Below are positions 59,371 to 64,000 of a DNA stretch of 64,000 nucleotides, in pieces. The notes below the pieces were generated by a model. The model was not told the origin of the DNA, made no database searches, and saw only the letters and a program-made list of their open reading frames with translations. The stretch is taken from the IMG/VR virus record IMGVR_UViG_3300042895_001344, positions 1 to 64,000 of that record. One strand, given 5' to 3'. Made by a program: the position numbers and the translations under genes. Numbering within the stretch: position 1 is the stretch's first letter; each line of letters opens with the position of its first letter.

Positions 59371-62300
59371 TTAGAACGTTCCACCGTCTATTGTATTTGT
59401 GAATGTTAAACTACCATCTGAGGTTTTATAACCTAATATTGTAGTCACCACATCACTTGTATCTGTTGTCGGTACTTCACCAAATATGTCGTTAGCATTT
59501 TTAAATGTAACATTTGATCTTGTACTACTTATCAAGTCATTACCGTTAGTTGATACTTTTAATGTACCTGCTACCACTGTGTTTCCTGATACCGATTCAA
59601 CTGTGAATTTATCTGTATTGAATTGTAATGTTGTTCCACTATATTTCAATAAACTATCACCGATTGTGTTGTCAGAAGATGCAATTGGGAATGTTCCACT
59701 TGTTAAACTTGTTTCACTTCCTAATGTTCCTGCGGTCGTTCCAATTACTTTACTTGAATTGTTAGAACCATCAACTGTTAACCAATCATTATTTACTGAG
59801 TCCCATAGTAAAGAACCTGATTGTCCTATTGAACCTGAATCATATCCACTAATACCTGCGTATCTTTGGAATGGTGAGTAAGCATTTACTAAGATAATAT
59901 TATCACCTAATTCAACTGTATTTGATTGAATACTTACGTTTGTTGATGAACCTAATACTTGTAAGTTTCCTGATACAAATAAATTACCACCTAACATTGT
60001 TGCTGAACCTGAACTTACTGTTAATGAACCTGTAATTGATGTGTTAGCATTTACTTGTAGACCTGCTGCAGTTACCGATGCTGTTACCGCACCACTTGCA
60101 ATCTTATCTAATTGTAATCCTGTTACACCACTTGCTGGTATATTATAAAGTCCCGCACCATCACCAATGAACGAACCTGTGAATACAGAAGAAGTTACTG
60201 GTTGGTTAAATTTAACACTTAAGTTTGTTTCCCAAACTGATCCTGTTAAAGCGAATATACTGTCTCCTGAAGATCCTGATGTTCCTGATGAACCTGAAGA
60301 ACCTGAAGAACCTGCTGATCCTGATGAACCACTAGATCCTGAAGTTCCTGCTGTTCCTGAACTACCTGATGTACCGCTTGAACCACTTGTACCTGATGAA
60401 CCATTACTACCTGAAGAACCTGATGTTCCCGCTGTTCCTGAAGAACCGCTAGATCCTGAAGTTCCTGATGAACCTGAAGAACCACTAGTTCCTGATGAAC
60501 CATTACTACCTGATGTTCCGTCAGATCCTGAAGATCCTGAAGTTCCTGATGAACCACTAGATCCTGAAGATCCTGAAGAACCACTAGATCCTGAAGTTCC
60601 TGCAGTTCCTGATGTACCACTAGATCCTGATGAACCTGAAGTTCCTGAAGATCCTGATGAACCTGAAGAACCGCTAGAACCACTTGTTCCTGCTGTTCCT
60701 GAAGAACCGCTAGATCCTGAAGTTCCTGATGAACCTGAAGATCCACTTGTTCCTGATGAACCATTACTACCTGATGTTCCGTCAGATCCTGAAGATCCTG
60801 AAGTTCCTGATGAACCTGCTGTACCTGAAGAACCGCTAGATCCTGATGAACCATTACTACCTGATGTTCCTGATGTACCTGAAGAACCATTACTACCACT
60901 TGTTCCTGATGTTCCGTCTGATCCTGAAGAACCTGATGTACCTGAAGTACCTGCTGTTCCTGAAGAACCTGATGTACCTGCTGAACCTGATGAACCTGAT
61001 GAACCTGATGTACCCGCTGATCCTGAAGATCCTGAAGTTCCACCTGATCCACTTGTTCCTGATGAACCATTACCACCAATAGTAGCAATTACTGTACCTG
61101 TTTGTGCTTCATTAAAGTATACTTTTAAGTTATTACTATCAATAACTTCAATTTCTGTTGGTATAACAACTTTATCTGAACCGTCAAACACATTAATTGC
61201 AGGATATTTGTATCCTAAATTGTGGTTGAATGACCATGTTGTCGATGCTGAACCAATTACTAACGTTTTAGTTTGACCTGAAACAATAACCGCGTTTTCA
61301 GCGTATATTGCGTAAGACGATGTTCCTGCGAATTGAGAATTAGAACCTGAAACATATGTGTTGAACGCTGTTTCATCTAATTTACCCGTTCCAACTGTTA
61401 CACCGTTCAACATTAATGAACCTGTGATGTTAACGGAACCTGTGAATGAATGTACATCGTCTTGTGTGTCACCAAATTTGGTTGAACCTGATTGATAAAG
61501 AACTGAAGATGATACTAATGTAATGTTTAATTCTTTCGCTGTAAGTGTACCATCAATAAATGTATCTCCATTTACTCTGAATGTTCCGTCAGATGCGATA
61601 GATGCACTTACTGAACCACTTACAATTTTATTTAATTCTAATCCTGTTACACCCGAAGCTGGAATGTTATATAAACCTGCACCGTTTCCAACAAATGAAG
61701 ACGATACCACTGAAGCGGTTACCGCTCCAACAACTCTTACTGGATTTGTTGTTGACCATATTGAACCTGTTAATGCAAATAAACTATCTCCTGAAGTACC
61801 ATCACTACCTGAAGAACCACTTGTTCCTGAAGAACCACTAGATCCTGAAGTACCTGCCGTTCCTGATGAACCACTAGATCCTGAAGTTCCTGAAGATCCT
61901 GAAGTACCACTAGATCCGTTAGATCCTGATGAACCACTTGTTCCTGCAGTTCCCGATGTACCCGCCGATCCTGATGATCCTGATGAACCATCACTACCAC
62001 TAGATCCTGATGTACCTGCTGTTCCTGAAGATCCTGAAGATCCTGAAGTACCACTAGATCCGTTAGAACCTGAAGAACCACTTGTTCCTGCTGTTCCTGA
62101 TGAACCACTAGATCCTGATGTTCCTGATGAACCACTAGATCCTGATGTTCCTGTTGATCCTGAAGAACCATCACTACCACTAGATCCTGATGTACCTGCT
62201 GTTCCTGAAGATCCTGAAGATCCTGAAGTACCACTAGATCCGTTAGACCCACTAGAACCTGATGAACCATCACTACCACTTGTTCCTGATGTACCTGCAG

Positions 62301-62982
62301 TTCCTGAAGATCCTGAAGATCCTGAAGTTCCTGATGAACCGTTAGACCCACTAGAACCTGATGAACCTGAAGTTCCCGCAGTTCCTGAAGAACCACTAGA
62401 TCCTGATGTACCCGCAGATCCTGATGAACCTGAAGAACCACTAGATCCTGAAGTACCAGCTGTTCCTGATGAACCACTAGATCCTGATGAACCTGAAGTT
62501 CCTGAACTATTTGATGTATATTCAGAACCGTTTATAAATAAACTTCCTGTAACATTAATTGAACCACTAACGTTAACTTGACTACCAAACGTTGCTGTTG
62601 TACCTGTTAAATTAGTAATTGTAACACCACTGATAGTATTACCTTCAATGTTACCAACCAAATTCATGGTTGTATTACCAGCAATACCGGTGTCTAATAT
62701 ATATAATTTCTTTTCGGCAGTAGCGTAGAATGGTACACCATCTAAACCTGAACCATATGTACCAGCAGCAATTGATGGTGCGTTTGCTCCTTGATAAATC
62801 TTGGATGCTGCCCTAAATGCTCCTGCAACTCCTTCATCCGATAATTCCGGAGAACCAATAAATATAAAAGGTCCTTGTAAATTACCAATCGAACCGGTTG
62901 CGATGATTAATTCACCGTTTCTTGCCGTTGTGTTTTTGAGGGTTGATATCGAACCCCTCCTGTGTTTAATGATTTGTGCCAT
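59371..62982 (-). CDS. Long tail fibre-like protein with two long Gly-Ser/Thr-Ser repeat blocks
   Basis: N-terminal IKHRRG..GELII; G-x-x blocks; modules shared with 50165-53692; ends IDGGTF. Confidence 0.8.
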   Translation of the reverse strand: MAQIIKHRRGSISTLKNTTARNGELIIATGSIGNLQGPFIFIGSPELSDEGVAGAFRAASKIYQGANAPSIAAGTYGSGLDGVPFYATAEKKLYILDTGIAGNTTMNLVGNIEGNTISGVTITNLTGTTATFGSQVNVSGSINVTGSLFINGSEYTSNSSGTSGSSGSSGSSGTAGTSGSSGSSGSSGSAGTSGSSGSSGTAGTSGSSGSSGSNGSSGTSGSSGSSGTAGTSGTSGSDGSSGSSGSNGSSGTSGSSGSSGTAGTSGSSGSDGSSGSTGTSGSSGSSGTSGSSGSSGTAGTSGSSGSNGSSGTSGSSGSSGTAGTSGSSGSDGSSGSSGSAGTSGTAGTSGSSGSNGSSGTSGSSGTSGSSGSSGTAGTSGSSGSSGTSGSSGSDGTSGDSLFALTGSIWSTTNPVRVVGAVTASVVSSSFVGNGAGLYNIPASGVTGLELNKIVSGSVSASIASDGTFRVNGDTFIDGTLTAKELNITLVSSSVLYQSGSTKFGDTQDDVHSFTGSVNITGSLMLNGVTVGTGKLDETAFNTYVSGSNSQFAGTSSYAIYAENAVIVSGQTKTLVIGSASTTWSFNHNLGYKYPAINVFDGSDKVVIPTEIEVIDSNNLKVYFNEAQTGTVIATIGGNGSSGTSGSGGTSGSSGSAGTSGSSGSSGSAGTSGSSGTAGTSGTSGSSGSDGTSGTSGSNGSSGTSGTSGSNGSSGSSGSSGTAGSSGTSGSSGSDGTSGSNGSSGTSGSSGSSGTSGSSGSSGTAGTSGSSGSSGSSGSSGTSGSSGSSGTSGTAGTSGSSGSSGSSGSSGSSGTSGSSGSDGTSGSNGSSGTSGSSGSSGTSGSSGSSGTAGTSGSSGSNGSSGTSGSSGTSGSSGTAGTSGSSGSSGSAGSSGSSGSSGTSGSSGDSIFALTGSVWETNLSVKFNQPVTSSVFTGSFIGDGAGLYNIPASGVTGLQLDKIASGAVTASVTAAGLQVNANTSITGSLTVSSGSATMLGGNLFVSGNLQVLGSSTNVSIQSNTVELGDNIILVNAYSPFQRYAGISGYDSGSIGQSGSLLWDSVNNDWLTVDGSNNSSKVIGTTAGTLGSETSLTSGTFPIASSDNTIGDSLLKYSGTTLQFNTDKFTVESVSGNTVVAGTLKVSTNGNDLISSTRSNVTFKNANDIFGEVPTTDTSDVVTTILGYKTSDGSLTFTNTIDGGTF
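61790..62505 (-). repeat. Degenerate 9-nt coding repeat (G-S/T-S)n
   Basis: Gly at every third residue with varied synonymous codons. Similar blocks at about 60265-61075, 52610-53100, 51860-52045, 50960-51095, 50500-50720 and 63825-63955. Confidence 0.9.
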
Positions 62983-63003
62983 CTACTTTGTGTTTGTTTA
63001 GTT

Positions 63004-63014
63004 TATAAATACTT
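63004..63014 (-). promoter_or_regulatory. AAGTATTTATA putative late promoter
   Basis: Upstream of the ATG at 62982. Confidence 0.45.
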
Positions 63015-63080
63015 AATTTTTACCAATCTTCGAGTTATTTCTATCTATTTGTAATATATTTTTATTATTAATTTGTTTTT

Positions 63081-64000
63081 TTAAAAACCACCTAAATCCA
63101 ATACAATATTATTTTGTTCTTGTGTTATTACGTTTTGTCCTCCCATTGATATTGAAGCAGAGATAATTTGTGATTGAATTTGAGCTTGCATCATTGCCAT
63201 TGCACCTGATATAATAAGTGATTCTCTTAATGGATCAGTTGATGTTAATGTTGTTGTTCCACGTACTGTTAAATCTCCATCAATAATAACTGAACCTGTT
63301 GTACGTAATGAACCTGTAAAATCATGTTTATCATCTAATGTATCACCGAACTTTGTTGACCCTGATTGATAAAGTATTGAAGATGTTACATAATCAATAC
63401 GTAATTCTTTTGCTGTGATTGTACCATCAATTACTACATCTGTATTAACTTTTAATTTTCCATCAGCTAATGATGCACTTACACTACCACTAACAATTCT
63501 ATCTAAGTTAAGTCCTGTAATTCCTGATGATGGGATATTATATAATCCTGCACCATCACCTGTAAATGAACCGCTAATTGTTCCGTTATTTACAGTTAAA
63601 TCACCTGTGTTAATTTCTAAATCACTATTTGTTAAATCAACAAGACCATTGAAAACATGTAAATTAGATCCACTTGTTAAATACAATGATGAACTGTCGG
63701 TCATTATTGTATTACTATCGGTAATTCCTAATTGAGATGTAATATTTAACGATCCCGTTATTTCTACATCATTTGTTGTCGTCCATGTGCCAGGTGTTGT
63801 TTCGGCAAATAAACTATCTCCGCTAGATCCTGATGTTCCACTTGTTCCCGATGTTCCACTTGTTCCTGATGTACCTGCAGTTCCTGATGAACCTGAAGTT
63901 CCGCTTGTTCCAGCCGAACCCGATGAACCACTAGTACCTGATGAACCATTACCACCGACAGTAGCAATTACTGTACCTGTTTGAGCCTCGTTAAAATATA
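63081..64000 (-). CDS. Partial fibre-like protein; its 5' end lies beyond the window
   Basis: The frame of track ORF 63081-63704 stays open to 63998 (YFNEAQTGTVIATVGGNGSSG..GDSLFAETTPG) and carries the same modules as the other fibres. Confidence 0.8.
   Translation of the reverse strand, partial: YFNEAQTGTVIATVGGNGSSGTSGSSGSAGTSGTSGSSGTAGTSGTSGTSGTSGTSGSSGDSLFAETTPGTWTTTNDVEITGSLNITSQLGITDSNTIMTDSSSLYLTSGSNLHVFNGLVDLTNSDLEINTGDLTVNNGTISGSFTGDGAGLYNIPSSGITGLNLDRIVSGSVSASLADGKLKVNTDVVIDGTITAKELRIDYVTSSILYQSGSTKFGDTLDDKHDFTGSLRTTGSVIIDGDLTVRGTTTLTSTDPLRESLIISGAMAMMQAQIQSQIISASISMGGQNVITQEQNNIVLDLGGF

Noticed and set aside
50424-62581. Long alternative-strand/frame ORFs (PEDPDVP-rich, VVLQ/HQ-rich, VG-rich; e.g. 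52566-53342, 56984-58618, 60167-61276, 61523-62581)
   Set aside because: They are shadows of the in-frame G-S-S and P-T coding repeats, which lack stop codons in other frames.
1-64000. tRNA, rRNA, integrase, transposase or diversity-generating retroelement
   Set aside because: No cloverleaf, rRNA-like tract, recombinase or reverse-transcriptase motif, and no TR/VR pair was recognised by eye; a tRNAscan/Infernal run would be needed to exclude small RNAs.

Overview
Strongly AT-rich, gene-dense window. It has no rRNA, tRNA, CRISPR or cellular housekeeping genes and reads best as part of a large tailed-phage (jumbo-phage-like) genome; this assignment is inferred from gene content. Left ~43 kb is a glycan/peptide tailoring island. 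It encodes glycosyltransferases (GT4, GT7, GT2-like, DUF5672, a GT10-like family in 4 genes), methyltransferases, 9 SGNH-like proteins, 6 2OG-Fe(II) oxygenase domains and 3 sulfotransferase-like proteins. It also carries an APS kinase (cysC) module, a NodU-type carbamoyltransferase, 3 twitch-type radical SAM enzymes, and an inverted (+ strand) nucleotide-sugar cassette with a split TPP enzyme. Right ~21 kb is a virion fibre/adhesin module: LamG, fibrinogen-like and Gly-rich proteins, Pro/Thr-rich proteins, and long fibres with Gly-Ser/Thr-Ser repeats. Most striking element: a 511-aa gene (8090-9625) fusing a circularly permuted ATP-grasp-like domain, a Hint domain that keeps only C-terminal-cleavage residues (HN|S), and a 39-aa six-Cys tail, i.e. 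a candidate self-releasing peptide system amid oxygenases and sulfotransferases. Other non-obvious signals: a shared C-terminal [LI][LIV] tag on unrelated enzymes, a possible minimal ATP sulfurylase, lectin domains inserted into GT7 enzymes, an unannotated decayed DUF2061 copy, and two promoter classes. All domain calls are from motif recognition by eye; no searches were run.
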